This document shows, piece after piece, positions 10,090-22,453 of a stretch of 64,000 nucleotides of DNA (position 1 is its first letter; each line of letters opens with the position of its first letter). Position numbers and translations under genes: made by a program. The stretch comes from Pachysolen tannophilus NRRL Y-2460. Its lineage: Eukaryota. The notes below the pieces were generated by a model. The model did not search any database, was not told where the DNA came from, and saw nothing but the letters and a program-made list of their open reading frames with translations. Location of the stretch: contig KV454018.1 in NCBI GenBank assembly GCA_001661245.1, positions 743,996 through 807,995 on the forward strand, in the 5' to 3' direction.

Positions 10090-12798
10090 ATGGAGAAACG
10101 TGGTAGTGGGAAGACTTCAGAAGCTTCCAAGTCGCCGTTGATGACTAAAAGGAAGAGAACAAGAAATGGGTGTTTGACTTGTCGTGATCGTCATTTGAAA
10201 TGTGATGAACAACAACCTATTTGTAATAATTGTATCAAGTCAAAGAAAGAATGTTTAAGAGGTGTTCGGCTAAACTTTTTACAGTTGAATAAGCATAAGG
10301 TAGCTAGGAATTATTTTAACTATAAGCCCTTGGGGAATAATGTCAAATTTTTGGATCAGTCAATTGTAACTGCTTCGTTTTATCAAAAAGGGATACACTC
10401 GTATAAACCTTATATGTATTTACACTCAAAGAATGATTTGAAAAAAGCTGAGGTTGATTTTAAAAAGAATTTAGATGTGACTTTACCTCCATTGGAGAGT
10501 TCTCATAAGAGGCAAAAGTCTACGTCTAGAAGTAGTGGTAACTTGCGTGAAGAGAATTCCGAGTTTGCCAAGTTGATAGAGTTATCTAATAATTTTAATA
10601 ATTCTTTAGCTATGGAGATTGATGATAACACTGGAGGTGAATCGATTAATTTCTTTGATTTATTTCAAGATTCTTTTGATTATCTGCAACCTCCAAAAGG
10701 GTTATTATATTTTTTGGAGACAAAAGAATTTCAGCAGGATTCAAAAGATGGATTACGAAAGAAACTTTATGGGGAAAAATCTCATAAGAGACGGAAGAAG
10801 GCACAACCTGAATTTGTGGAGCTTAAAAGTAAGGAATTAGGACAATTTCAAGATCGAGATCAAAAAGATCACACTTCAGAAAGTAGTTTTGGTGAGGATT
10901 ATTATTTGGTTGATAGTGATGATGGGGAAAGTAATCTTTCAGAAAGTTCTGAGTTTACTAGTCAATTATTAAAACAGCAAAAGAAGTATGAAGGATATAT
11001 TATTCATGAAATTGATGATAAAACCGAATTATTAGTAAATGTGAACCTTAATCAGCCGATATTGGGGAAATTAGAAATTGAACTTTATAAAAACTTTAGT
11101 AATATTTGTTGTTTCTTTTTGGATATGGTGATTAATAGAGTAACATTTAGGAAAATAGATTATACCAATTTTTGGTCCAAATCTCTTGTTCCAGAATATA
11201 TATTAAAAGATGAATCATTGGCAAAATTTTTGTATCGATCTAGTGCCGAATTTATTGATTTGACAAGAGAAAATGAGAATTTGATTACTTTTGAAAAAAA
11301 AAATGAATTGGTTGAATTTACTGATAATTTTAGACAAAAATTAATTGAAAATTTCCCCAACTTACCAAAAGACTATAAATCTTATTTGAGTTTAACTAAG
11401 GTTGATCTTTTGAATTATGAAAGGTTAATAGTTGCTTCTACTTTATTATTGGTGGGAGTTTTCGTCAAGACTGTTATACAATTAAACCATAGTAAGAATG
11501 GTAAAGATAAAGTGGATTTCCAGAAATTAATAGATGAGTTGACAACGTTGAAGCAGATATTGTTGGATCCATTAGTGATGAATTTGAGTTCTAGTGATAA
11601 GAATAGTGGGAATCCAAGTATTATTGTTGAAAAATGTATCAATTCAGTTTTTTCAATTGATTTATTTACTTCAATTTTATTGAACAGAAAGACAATTATA
11701 GATCCATTTCGATTTAAAAATTTTTCTAAAATTGATACCAAAGAATTTTTAAAAATCCGTCATAACGATCAGTTAGAGTTTCGGTCGAAATATAAGTACG
11801 ATGATTCCAATAAAGCTGCTAATGAAGAAGATGACGAAGAAGATGAAGAAGAAGAAGATGAAGAAGATGACGATGATGATGAAGAAGAAGATGATGATAA
11901 TGATAATGATGATGAAGAAGAAGAAGAAGAAGAAGTAGAGGATGAAGAAGATGAAGTAGACGAGGAAGAAGAAGGAGAAGAAGAAGAAGAAGAAGAAGAA
12001 AATGATGATGACGAAGAGGAAAATAAAGAATCTTTATCTGTGCCCATTGTTTCGGAATATCCATCTTTGTTAGATGATACGTACAATTTGGCTACAATTT
12101 TCAAAATTTTACACAAGCTCAACTATGCAGTGAAAGATGGACATCCTGCACAATCAGACTGGAATTTGATTTTACAAGAGCTTAATATTTTTGAAAATAA
12201 TTTACCTATTGTATTTTCCCCCATTTCTATAGGTCCTTTAAAAACCAAGGCATCTCAAGCATTAGTTATGGTTGGTGTTGCTGATGTTGGAGAAAATTCT
12301 CCATCGAATGTGTATTCTTCGAGGCCTCCATTTCCAAAGATAAAATTTACCAGTGATATAGGATTAATATTACATATTATCCATCATAGCATATACTTGT
12401 TAAGTGAGAAATATAAACCTGAAAACCGTGATTCATTTTTCCAAAGAAGTAACCATAATTCTAAACATGATAACCAAATTGGAGGGATTCGTAAATCTTA
12501 TATGAATTTTAGGTTGATTAAATGGTATAATGAATCGATTCCACAGGATAAATCTTCAAATGTTAGTGAAGAAATTCATATGGCTAGAAGATTAATTTCA
12601 ATATTTCTTGCATTGGACGAAGATAGAAATACAAAGAATGTTGATATGATATGGCTATACTATTACTGGTGTTTCAATCTTGCAAAAGAATTTTTAAGTA
12701 AAGATGATTTGATTGAGTTAAATCGCAGGATGCTGAAAAGACCTAGAGAAGACCATGGGCGGAAGCAAAATCAATTAACTACTGTACACTGCACATGA
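10090..12798 (+). CDS. Zn(II)2Cys6 binuclear cluster transcription factor with a long acidic tract
   Basis: RTRNGCLTCRDRHLKCDEQQPICNNCIKSKKEC six-Cys motif; about 70-residue Asp/Glu run at about 11821-12030. Confidence 0.88.
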   Translation: MEKRGSGKTSEASKSPLMTKRKRTRNGCLTCRDRHLKCDEQQPICNNCIKSKKECLRGVRLNFLQLNKHKVARNYFNYKPLGNNVKFLDQSIVTASFYQKGIHSYKPYMYLHSKNDLKKAEVDFKKNLDVTLPPLESSHKRQKSTSRSSGNLREENSEFAKLIELSNNFNNSLAMEIDDNTGGESINFFDLFQDSFDYLQPPKGLLYFLETKEFQQDSKDGLRKKLYGEKSHKRRKKAQPEFVELKSKELGQFQDRDQKDHTSESSFGEDYYLVDSDDGESNLSESSEFTSQLLKQQKKYEGYIIHEIDDKTELLVNVNLNQPILGKLEIELYKNFSNICCFFLDMVINRVTFRKIDYTNFWSKSLVPEYILKDESLAKFLYRSSAEFIDLTRENENLITFEKKNELVEFTDNFRQKLIENFPNLPKDYKSYLSLTKVDLLNYERLIVASTLLLVGVFVKTVIQLNHSKNGKDKVDFQKLIDELTTLKQILLDPLVMNLSSSDKNSGNPSIIVEKCINSVFSIDLFTSILLNRKTIIDPFRFKNFSKIDTKEFLKIRHNDQLEFRSKYKYDDSNKAANEEDDEEDEEEEDEEDDDDDEEEDDDNDNDDEEEEEEEVEDEEDEVDEEEEGEEEEEEEENDDDEEENKESLSVPIVSEYPSLLDDTYNLATIFKILHKLNYAVKDGHPAQSDWNLILQELNIFENNLPIVFSPISIGPLKTKASQALVMVGVADVGENSPSNVYSSRPPFPKIKFTSDIGLILHIIHHSIYLLSEKYKPENRDSFFQRSNHNSKHDNQIGGIRKSYMNFRLIKWYNESIPQDKSSNVSEEIHMARRLISIFLALDEDRNTKNVDMIWLYYYWCFNLAKEFLSKDDLIELNRRMLKRPREDHGRKQNQLTTVHCT

Positions 12799-13275
12799 CC
12801 TACTACACCACACATTTGCACATACTACACCACTCACACCACTTGCACCACTTGCACCACCAACTTTGCCACCCCACACCACTCACACCATTCACATGAT
12901 CACCCCACACCACCGCTCTAAAACACGAGGCGGGGCAGAACAGTAGTGTGCGCGCGAACCAAAAATCAAATTTAAAAATTTTTTTTTTTTGAGTTAATTT
13001 TGCGTACCGCACGAGTGGCGAACTTGCGACGGAAATTGTTGTTGAAAAAGCATAAACAGTGTGTATAATAAATAATAATAAATATATATAGAAGAGGAAT
13101 ATAGATTATACAGTTTGATATTCTATAATTTGTGTTAAGGAAGGAGGAGTTTTAAGGGAAAGAAAAGAGAAATAGAATTTGTTTTAATTTAATTATAATT
13201 ATAGGTTTTTAAATAAAAAGAAAAAAAAAAGAAAAAAAAAGAAAGGGAATTGTTTTATTAGATTAGAAAGAGAAG

Positions 13276-13404
13276 ATGTCGAGTAATTTATCTCACCCTC
13301 CGCCTATTGACCCAAGTTTTATTACCGCCACTACAACTGCTGCCGCAGCTGCTGCCGCTAATACTCAACAGCAACATGATGGGTATAATCATCATCATCC
13401 TCAT

Positions 13405-13435
<31 letters not shown>

Positions 13436-14136
13436 TGGTGCTGGTACTGCTGCTGAAACCTTTTAGTAGTACATGGACTAGGGATAAAGAATTATTTCTT
13501 TGTGAAAAAGTGTCTAATTATATGCCAGATATCTTGACTAAATCCAAGACTCCTAAATGGAAAGATGTTTTAGATGAATTTAATGCTACTTTTAATTTGA
13601 GTAATTATAAGATTAAACAGACTAGAACAATGAGAGATAAATTTTTCAGATTGTATAACAAATTTTTAGCTGAAGATAATGGGAAGACTATTACTGATTA
13701 TAATGATATAGAATTAATATTAAATGGAATTAAATTAAAGGAATTAGAAGAAAAAAATAAATTAGAAAAACTGGATTTAATTTCAAATGAAAGGAAAAGA
13801 AAATTGGATGAATTGGAAGATAATTTAAATAATACACAACAAGTTGTTAGAAAATTACAACTGAGTTTACATAATAGAACAGCTAGTGATGATAATATAA
13901 TACAAGAAGATGAAATTGAAGATGAATCCCAAAGTGAAATAAACAATGAAGATCGTAATAATAGTAATAACAATTATTTTTCTTCAAATTATACTACAGT
14001 AGAAGTGAAATTACCAACTGAAATCAACCAATTGACAAGAAGAATAAATAGAGTTGAAAAAGATGTTGATTCTATTAAACTTCAATTAGGTAAATTAATT
14101 GCTTTACTTAATACTAATGAAAATAATGGTAATTAG
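13276..14136 (+). CDS. Uncharacterised protein with polyA/polyQ, a possible Myb/SANT-like (trihelix) DNA-binding domain and coiled coils
   Basis: 286-aa ORF; WTRDKELFL...KWKDVLDEFN...RTMRDKFFRL spacing; heptad-rich C-terminus; no orthologue recognised. Confidence 0.6.
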
Positions 14137-14455
14137 TGACTACTCATGAGAAACTAGCAATTAGCAATTAGCAACTAATACCTGGTACCTAGTAACTAGT
14201 AACTAGTAACTAAATACCTGGTACTTGATCTGAACTCGATTTGATATTTTGTCTCTTTTTTCTTTTCTTTTTCTTTTTTCTTTTTCATTTTTTTTTTCTT
14301 TTCATTTTTCTTTCTTAAATACTTTGTTTTGTCTGCCTTTGCCTTCTCTGTGAGACGCTGTGTACTTTTATTATATATTAGGTGATTTAACTAATTCAAA
14401 ATCATTTCTTTAATCTAATATCAAAGTTATTAGATTGTAGATTTAATTAATAATA

Positions 14456-14461
14456 ACGCGT
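14456..14461. promoter_or_regulatory. MCB element (ACGCGT) upstream of MSH3
   Basis: Exact ACGCGT 124 bp before the ATG, in otherwise CpG-poor DNA. Confidence 0.5.
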
Positions 14462-14584
14462 ACTTTTTTTTCACTTTAGTGAAAAAGCAAAAACAACAAT
14501 TAAAAAATAAAAATAGACAAAAAATTCAAATCAGTTCTATAAAGGTATTAATAATTATTTGAATAAATTGATTCAAGTTTGAGA

Positions 14585-17500
14585 ATGCCAGAGCAGCCAT
14601 CTATAAGTAGGTTTTTCAAGTCTAGTTCTGGCAAAGTTGATAATAATGTTAAATCAAATAAGAATGTTGAAGTTGTTGGTAATAGTAGGAAAATTTTAAG
14701 TGATTTTAAGCATACAAGTACGAGGAATGGGGATTTAAATGGAAATGGTGAAGGCCAAGCTGTTGCTATTCTGAGGAAAAGGATTTCATCTTCATTACAA
14801 GAACCAAGTGAGGATGATGATTTGGAGCTGGAAAATATGGTAACAAATGTTTCTACTAAAAAATTGAAAAAAGGTAAATCTTTGTTTGAACAATTAACAC
14901 CTTTAGAACAACAATTTATTAATTTGAAAAAAAATAATCCAGATAAGATCTTGGCGATTCAAGTTGGTTATAAATTCAAGTTTTTTGGGAAAGATGCTAT
15001 AACTGCATCACAAATATTAAATATTATGCTTATTCCTGGGAAATTCTCGGTGGATATAGATAATCAATCTCTGGAAGATTTAAATTATGATAAATATGCT
15101 TATTGTTCTATTCCTGATAATAGATTACATATTCATTTGAAAAGATTATTAAATAAAGGGTTAAAAGTTGGAATAGTTGAACAAATGGAAACAGCAGCAA
15201 TTAAGAAAATTGGTGATAATAAAAATTCATTATTTGAAAGAAAAATTACAAAGGTTTATACAAGCGCTACATATATTGATGATGAAAATGAATTAGATAA
15301 TGAATTGATGTTTAACAAATCTGGGAATTGTATTTTTTCCATTGTGGAAAATCAACAGCTGGATAGTAAATCAATTAGGATATCAATAGTGGCAGTACAA
15401 TTGATTACTGGAGAAATTATTTATGATGAATTTGATGATGATTTTGGTAGAAATGAATTAGAAACAAGGTTATTACATTTAGATCCAGTTGAATTTTTGT
15501 TAATTACAAAAAATGGAATATCAATTTCCACTGAAACAAATAAAGTCTTGAGAAATTTTAATTCATATAATAACAGGTTTAAAAAAAATTCTTCAGAATT
15601 AAGAATATTAAATAAGAATATGAAAAAGTCATATAATGAATATTTAAATGGATTAACAGATTATTTTAATAATCATAGTGAAAGCATACAGAAAACTTTT
15701 GATTTCATATTAAACAATTTGTCTCAAAATATTCAAATATGTTGTCTTGAATTGATTGAATATTTAAAAGAATTCAAATTGGATTCAATCTTTAATATGG
15801 TTTCTAATTATCAATCTTTTAATGAAATTGATAAACACATGATATTAGATTCAAACACAATTAGAAACTTGGAAATTTTCAACAATTTAACGGATGGTAA
15901 AGAGAAAGGTTCATTAATTTGGTTGTTAGACCATACTAGGACAAAATATGGTTATAGATTATTAAAAAAATGGGCTTCTAAACCTCTAATCAACAGAGAA
16001 GATATCTTGAAAAGACAATTGAGTATCGAAAACATCATTAATAATTGTAACTCAAGGTCTTTGGAAAATATAATAAAATTTCTTTCAGAATCAGTTGATT
16101 TGGAGAAAAATTTGAATAAGATTCATTATGGAAAATCTTCAAGAAAAGAAATTTATCTTTTCTTACAACAAATCATTCAAGTTTTAGAAATTTTCAATAA
16201 TAAAAATTTTAAAATTATTAAAAATGATAATTTCACTTCAGACTATTTGCTGAACTTATTCGATGATCTAAATGAAATGTCAAATAGAAGTTTAAAGTTG
16301 TTTGAAAGCTTTTTTGGTATGATCAACTCTTGGATTGCAAAAGACGATAAATTAGATCTTGAGAAAAAGAAATTGGAGTATTTCAACCAAAAGTTTTTCA
16401 ATTATGAAGTAATTCTGGAAGAACTTGAGAGTATGAGAATTTGTGGCAGGAATCTAGATGAAGAACTAGCAGAAATACGGAAAATGTTAAGACGTCCGCA
16501 ATTGCAATATATTTCAAATAATAAGGAGCATTACTTGATTGAAGTGAAAAATTCTGATATTAAGAATATACCGAAAGATTGGATTAAGTTTTCATCTACC
16601 AAATCTGTTTCAAGATTTAAATCTCCAAACATTATCAAATTAACGAACCAGCTTGAATATCACCGAGATTTATTGATAAATATAAATGACTCTTGCTTTA
16701 AACAATTTTTAAATGAAATTGATTCTCACTATGATGATTTAAATAGATTAGTGAAGATGCTTGCAACTTTTGATTGTTTGCTTTCACTATCCGCCTGTTC
16801 TTCATTGAACTTGAACTATAATAGACCAGAATTGGTGGATAAACCTTACATTGAATTATATCGAAGCAGAAATCCAATCATTGAAAATTTATCTTCCAGT
16901 TTATCCAGCTACATTCCAAACGATATTAGGATGTCATACTCAGATAACAGAATATCGATAATTACAGGACCAAATATGGGTGGTAAGTCGTCATACATTA
17001 GACAAGTTGCATTGTTAGTGATAATGACTCAAATAGGATGCTTTGTTCCATCTGACCGCGGTAGCAAGATAGGTATTTTTGATAAGATATTTATCAGGAT
17101 GGGAGCCCAGGATGATTTGATCAAAGGAGATTCGACTTTCAAAGTTGAAATGAATGAGTGTTCTTCTATTATCAAAAACTGTACAGATAGATCCTTGGTA
17201 CTTTTAGATGAGATAGGAAGAGGAACTTCTACAGTGGAAGGATTCGCAATTGCATATTCCATATTAGACTATATGATAAATGCAAAAAGTTCATTCATAC
17301 TTTTCATAACTCATTTCCAGTCTTTAAATTTTTTTGCCGAAAAGTACAAAGATGTGGTAAGAAATTTCCATATGGGTTACTCTGTTGTCGAAAACAACAT
17401 TAAGAATAATGAAGGAGAAATTAAAGATGATCTTCCTCCATTGGACATCGTATTTTTGTACTGCTTGAGTCAAGGAGTTTGTCGTAACTCGTATGGCTTA

Positions 17501-17704
17501 AACGTCGCTAAGATGGCCATGATTCCATTGGATATCATACAAAATAGTTACATCAAAGCAAAAGAGATGAAAGAAAATGTAGAAACAGTAAAGGAAAAAA
17601 ATTGGGGTTTTAAGGCTAGGCTGTTGATTGAAGACGTATTGCGCGATAGAAATCAAAATTGTCTTCTCGAATCTTTACAGAGTTTGGTTGAAAACATGGA
17701 GTAG
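14585..17704 (+). CDS. MSH3: DNA mismatch repair protein Msh3 (MutS-beta)
   Basis: ATG 14585; PIP box QPSISRFF; LTPLEQQ...QVGYKFKFFG; P-loop TGPNMGGKSSY; LLDEIGRGTST; FITHF. Confidence 0.96.
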   Translation: MPEQPSISRFFKSSSGKVDNNVKSNKNVEVVGNSRKILSDFKHTSTRNGDLNGNGEGQAVAILRKRISSSLQEPSEDDDLELENMVTNVSTKKLKKGKSLFEQLTPLEQQFINLKKNNPDKILAIQVGYKFKFFGKDAITASQILNIMLIPGKFSVDIDNQSLEDLNYDKYAYCSIPDNRLHIHLKRLLNKGLKVGIVEQMETAAIKKIGDNKNSLFERKITKVYTSATYIDDENELDNELMFNKSGNCIFSIVENQQLDSKSIRISIVAVQLITGEIIYDEFDDDFGRNELETRLLHLDPVEFLLITKNGISISTETNKVLRNFNSYNNRFKKNSSELRILNKNMKKSYNEYLNGLTDYFNNHSESIQKTFDFILNNLSQNIQICCLELIEYLKEFKLDSIFNMVSNYQSFNEIDKHMILDSNTIRNLEIFNNLTDGKEKGSLIWLLDHTRTKYGYRLLKKWASKPLINREDILKRQLSIENIINNCNSRSLENIIKFLSESVDLEKNLNKIHYGKSSRKEIYLFLQQIIQVLEIFNNKNFKIIKNDNFTSDYLLNLFDDLNEMSNRSLKLFESFFGMINSWIAKDDKLDLEKKKLEYFNQKFFNYEVILEELESMRICGRNLDEELAEIRKMLRRPQLQYISNNKEHYLIEVKNSDIKNIPKDWIKFSSTKSVSRFKSPNIIKLTNQLEYHRDLLININDSCFKQFLNEIDSHYDDLNRLVKMLATFDCLLSLSACSSLNLNYNRPELVDKPYIELYRSRNPIIENLSSSLSSYIPNDIRMSYSDNRISIITGPNMGGKSSYIRQVALLVIMTQIGCFVPSDRGSKIGIFDKIFIRMGAQDDLIKGDSTFKVEMNECSSIIKNCTDRSLVLLDEIGRGTSTVEGFAIAYSILDYMINAKSSFILFITHFQSLNFFAEKYKDVVRNFHMGYSVVENNIKNNEGEIKDDLPPLDIVFLYCLSQGVCRNSYGLNVAKMAMIPLDIIQNSYIKAKEMKENVETVKEKNWGFKARLLIEDVLRDRNQNCLLESLQSLVENME

Positions 17705-17997
17705 TTTATAACGTTAATCTATTTTATTTACTTGCATTGAAAACTAATCTAAAATTTTAGCATTAGTTAGTACCTTTAATTTTTTCTTTTAAACTTCTTT
17801 CTTGAAATCAAGATAATAAGTATATGTACGACATGTATCAATATAGACAAAATATAGACAATTGTAATAATAAACAATCAATATGCATTCATATTGAGAT
17901 GGATAAAATTTTATAAAACTTATAATATGAAATTGCAAAAACAAAAAACGGCTTTGCTTAATTTTTTAATTTTTTTTCTATTTTTCTTATTTTTTTA

Positions 17998-20900
17998 TCA
18001 ACGTTTCAAAAACTTTCCACCACTAGAATAATAATGATGCTTCGAACGGTTCAGACTATTAACAGAATAAGAAATATTTCCTAATGACATTTCAATCTCC
18101 TCCGGATTCCCATCATATATCATTTGATCATCATCTTCAAAATCATCCGAATCGTGATGTAATGTAATAGAATTAAATTTCTCAAAAGGATCAACATCCT
18201 TATTTTCTAATTTTTCTTTCTCTGGTTCTGAATCTTCTTGCTGCGGAGTTTTCTGTTTCTGTAGCTTTGTATTCTTCTTGACATTATCAAAAGATAAGTT
18301 GAAACTATCACAGTCTTCTTCATTACTATTAGAAGTTTTGGCGACTTTTGTTTTCTTATTTTTGGTGAATACAGGAACCATTGGTGGTTTTTGATTTCTC
18401 AATAACGCCCACTGAACGTTTTTGAAAAAAATATGCTGTTTTATATCATTAGCCCCATTTTTGGACCCCAATCTGTTTGTTTCATCCTTTATCAATAGTT
18501 TTTTAATCAAATTTTTACAACTAGATGAAATTTTAACTTCTGGATTACCACTACTGCTACCGTTGCTACCGCTACTACCATTATTGCTAAAAGCAACTTC
18601 TTTCTTCAATATATTAGCAAACGTCTGATTTCTTGTTGAACCTTTGAAGGGTGTCGTTCCATATAACATCTCGTAGATAAAAATACCCAAAGTCCACCAA
18701 TCTACCGCACTGGTATGCCCTTTTCCTCTAATAACTTCTGGAGCAATATATTCTTCAGTTCCAACAAAAGAATTTGTTCTAAATCCATCAATGCATGCCT
18801 TCGTATCGACTCCTGTTGGAATATTGCTATTGCTACTATTGCTCGAATAACTACTTGAGTTATGTCCATTTAGTACAACTCCTGGTCTACCAATATTATC
18901 AGATCTTTTGGATAAATCAAAATCGGAAAGCATAACATGACCAGATGCATGCAACAATATATTTTCAGGTTTTAAATCCCTGTATATAAAACCCATCATA
19001 TGCAAGTATTCTAAAGCAGCAGTGACCTCCGATGCATAAAACTTTGCGTCATTTTCCGAGATACACTTGGATTTTCTAGTTTGTAATGCTCTAAAAAATT
19101 CACCACCCATACAATATTCCATACAGAGAAATAAATAATCATTAGATTGGAAAGAATGATATAGAGTGACAATAAATGGATGATTTGAAGTTGCTAAAAT
19201 TTCTTGTTCCAGTAATGCTCTTTTAATTTTATTTCTTTCAATCATTTCTTTTTTGTTTAAGACTTTCATTGCATACAATTTTTTAGTCAGCTTTTCTCTA
19301 ACAAGGTATACTTTTCCAACATCACCTCTTCCCAATAATTTTATTCTTTCAAAACATGATGCGTTAACTTCAACATCGGAAATTCTCACAGAATTTGACG
19401 AATAAGTTCTACCACCAACAGATTTGTTACGTGGTCTTGATGTCACTTTTAACTCTCCTATATGCTTTGCCAAATCCATATCAGCAGTTGCTGGTAAATG
19501 TGAACTATGTGATAAGTATTGGGGATACAGTGGTTCTTGTTCCAACTCAAGTTTAGAATCTTGTTCACCAATCACTTTTAAACCTAATGGAGCTGATGCA
19601 ACTCTTCTCAATCTCTTTTGTATATTTGATGGAACAAATGATGAATTTTCATTTTGATTTAAATCCTGTTTTCTGTCTTCAGCTGTTGCAACACCATTTT
19701 CATGTTGATCTCTTTCTTCATCTGGTCTGATAATATTTATTGATAAAGTTGAATTATTTACACTGTAATCATGTTTCAACTTCATAGAATATTCCTGGTC
19801 TATAATATCACATTCATTTTCGGTATTCATCATTACCGTACCATTATTACCATGACTAGAACTTCTTATATGATGAGCATTTGAATTTTGATTATTATTT
19901 GCTTCTTCTAAATGAGGTGGTAAACCTTGATGCTGGAAGTATGGATTTGAATTTACCACCGACGATTTATTGGGTTGATTATTATTTATATGATTATGAT
20001 TACTGCCATTAATAGTGATAGATGGTGAACTATAGGAAGTACCTTGATCTTTAGTGAACATAACTTGGGATTTATTTGGTGCGACTGTTGTTGGAGTTGT
20101 TGTTCCTGCAGAAGCTGTATGAGTTGATGAAGATGACGATGAGTTTTCCAATCTTTTAGGGTTTGAAGAGGATCTTTTACGACGGATGAATTTCATTAAC
20201 GAAGACGAAGATTGATGTTCCGACGTTGATAATTGTTGTGGAGACCGAAGAGGAGGCGCATGCAGTTGCAGAGGCATTTGTACCTGTTGTGGCAAGGACA
20301 TCAGTTCATCGTTGGTGACCTCTGTTGTAATTTCTTGAGGTATATCCAAAATTTCATTTAATACACTGCTAGTTATATCGTTATCCCCCGGGTCATTATT
20401 TGATTCTGTAAATTCATTTCTAAATTTATGACCATTTTCTTGATTCAAAGTTGCATCATCATCTTCTTCATGATCAGTATAACCACTATCATTCCCATAA
20501 TTAGTATTATTACTACTTCCAAATTTGAATAAACTTTTAATCTTGGTGAATCTTAATTTTGAAGAAGTATTATTAGGACTTGAAGGATATCCATATTCTT
20601 CTTCCAGGTCCAATTCTTCATCTACTGCTTCATACGGCCCTATATTGTTATGAGTACTTTCTGCATTTACAACCTGTTCCTCGTATTGTTGAGCTTGTTC
20701 CTGTTGACTTTGTTCATGTTGACTTTGTTCCTGTTGGCGTTCCAGCCGCTCTTGTTGTGTTTTAACATTATTAATTTCATGTTCAACTTCGGCACTACCT
20801 TTTGGGCTAAAATAATCACTTCCATCAAGGTTATCATTATGACCACCATCACTTAAACGTTGAGATGTTGAAGAAAAATTTCCACTATTGCTGAAATGGC

Positions 20901-21552
20901 TCCCTGCAGGGGACGACATTGGAGGGAAAAATTCTTCAGATTCAAATGGGTTGCCAGTACTTGGGATAGTTGAAGGTGCAGAAGTAGTAGTAGTAGTATT
21001 ACTAGTAGTATTACTAGTAGCAGCAGCACCGGTAGGAGCAGCACCGACAGTGCCTCTCGGAAAGTTCAGCGCATCTTCTTCTTCCTCCTTATAAGTGGTA
21101 CCTTCTATCAAATCACCACCAGAACCAATACTTGTATTCCCATTGGCGCTACCATTATTATTATTATTATTATTATTACTATTTCCAAATGAGAAAAGTT
21201 TACCTAGTGACATTTTCCTTGAAGAATTCGATCTTGACCTTGTTCTGCTATGAGACCGCGATCTATTCCCATTTAACGAGCTATTATTATTATGGCCCGA
21301 TCTAGGAGGTAATAAATGGAAAGAAATTGAACCGCCGTTACTATTACTATTATTCGCACTATTATTATGGACAGCGGTTGCGGTAGCGGTACTGGTAGTG
21401 GCTGAGTTGGGAACACTGGATTTCCCTATAAGATTAATTGTATCGTTATAATTGGAAAAAGTTGGAGATGAAATATCCTCTGGTGAGTTTCCCGGTGAAA
21501 ATGGATTATTACTTATCGTACTATTGTTGAAATTTGATGTACTAGTACTCAT
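17998..21552 (-). CDS. FPK1: AGC flippase kinase Fpk1/Kin82 (Nrc-2 family)
   Basis: [65 protein letters not shown]; also RRVASAP motif. Confidence 0.93.
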   Translation of the reverse strand: MSTSTSNFNNSTISNNPFSPGNSPEDISSPTFSNYNDTINLIGKSSVPNSATTSTATATAVHNNSANNSNSNGGSISFHLLPPRSGHNNNSSLNGNRSRSHSRTRSRSNSSRKMSLGKLFSFGNSNNNNNNNNGSANGNTSIGSGGDLIEGTTYKEEEEDALNFPRGTVGAAPTGAAATSNTTSNTTTTTSAPSTIPSTGNPFESEEFFPPMSSPAGSHFSNSGNFSSTSQRLSDGGHNDNLDGSDYFSPKGSAEVEHEINNVKTQQERLERQQEQSQHEQSQQEQAQQYEEQVVNAESTHNNIGPYEAVDEELDLEEEYGYPSSPNNTSSKLRFTKIKSLFKFGSSNNTNYGNDSGYTDHEEDDDATLNQENGHKFRNEFTESNNDPGDNDITSSVLNEILDIPQEITTEVTNDELMSLPQQVQMPLQLHAPPLRSPQQLSTSEHQSSSSLMKFIRRKRSSSNPKRLENSSSSSSTHTASAGTTTPTTVAPNKSQVMFTKDQGTSYSSPSITINGSNHNHINNNQPNKSSVVNSNPYFQHQGLPPHLEEANNNQNSNAHHIRSSSHGNNGTVMMNTENECDIIDQEYSMKLKHDYSVNNSTLSINIIRPDEERDQHENGVATAEDRKQDLNQNENSSFVPSNIQKRLRRVASAPLGLKVIGEQDSKLELEQEPLYPQYLSHSSHLPATADMDLAKHIGELKVTSRPRNKSVGGRTYSSNSVRISDVEVNASCFERIKLLGRGDVGKVYLVREKLTKKLYAMKVLNKKEMIERNKIKRALLEQEILATSNHPFIVTLYHSFQSNDYLFLCMEYCMGGEFFRALQTRKSKCISENDAKFYASEVTAALEYLHMMGFIYRDLKPENILLHASGHVMLSDFDLSKRSDNIGRPGVVLNGHNSSSYSSNSSNSNIPTGVDTKACIDGFRTNSFVGTEEYIAPEVIRGKGHTSAVDWWTLGIFIYEMLYGTTPFKGSTRNQTFANILKKEVAFSNNGSSGSNGSSSGNPEVKISSSCKNLIKKLLIKDETNRLGSKNGANDIKQHIFFKNVQWALLRNQKPPMVPVFTKNKKTKVAKTSNSNEEDCDSFNLSFDNVKKNTKLQKQKTPQQEDSEPEKEKLENKDVDPFEKFNSITLHHDSDDFEDDDQMIYDGNPEEIEMSLGNISYSVNSLNRSKHHYYSSGGKFLKR

Positions 21553-21985
21553 TTTATATATTTCGGATCTTTATAGAAAGGGGAAAAACAGGAGAACAAA
21601 AGAGAAAACAAAACAACAAAAAAAAAAAAAAAAAAATAGAATCAAACAAACAAATTAAAAAATAAAAAAAAAAAAATAAAAAAGAAAGACCAGAAATGAA
21701 TAGATGCCGATGCCGAATACAATAATGAGAGACAAATAAATAAATATTGCTCTTAATACGAAACCATTTACTTTTTATTATATTATTATTATTATTATTA
21801 TACTAATTAATTATCTGATTTATCATCATTTTCTCGTTTTACTTACAAAAAAAGAAAAAAAAAACATAAAAAATTGTGTCGTGCACGAACAAATCAAATT
21901 GGAAAGTCTATAATAATATCAAAGAGAAGAGAGAACTAGCTATGTATTGGGTGGTGATGGGTGATGGTGGGATATGGTGAGTAGC

Positions 21986-22378
21986 TTAAGAGGCCAAGTG
22001 GGGTGGAAGCAAGAAGTTTGCGATTGATTCTTTGATGTAAAATATATGGTGACAGTTTCTGCAGACCATTTTACCCTCGACTATCTTTGTCTCTAGTAGT
22101 AATGTATGTAAATCTTTTAATAATTGAGAATTTTCTTGGTCTTCCCATGAAATATTTTCTGGTTTTAATGATGGCAACGAGTTATTTCCCAAATCTGAGG
22201 CCACTGATACCACTGCGGGCCAATCTAATCTTTCGAGCATTGCTGCTATGAACTGTGGGTTAAAATCTTGTTCTTCTTGTATGAGAGTTGTGTCTTGAAA
22301 CTTTAGCGGAAACGAATCTGGTGAGCTATCACAGGCCTTGATTGGACACCTGACAAAATTTGTTGTTAAGAACTTCAT
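21986..22378 (-). CDS. TRM112: Trm112 methyltransferase activator (copy 1; probably an assembly duplicate)
   Basis: MKFLTTNFVRC...GKMVCRNCHHIFYIKESIANFLLPPHL; identical to copy 2. Confidence 0.8.
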   Translation of the reverse strand: MKFLTTNFVRCPIKACDSSPDSFPLKFQDTTLIQEEQDFNPQFIAAMLERLDWPAVVSVASDLGNNSLPSLKPENISWEDQENSQLLKDLHTLLLETKIVEGKMVCRNCHHIFYIKESIANFLLPPHLAS

Positions 22379-22453
22379 GGATGGTAAAAGTGAAAGTCTC
22401 TATATATATATTCAAATGACAATTTACAACTTGTCAAGGGTTTGAATAATAGT

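Noticed and set aside
11769..12122. Poly-Ser and poly-Leu antisense ORFs (also 5961-8774, 35699-35959 and others)
   Set aside because: Shadow frames of low-complexity coding repeats
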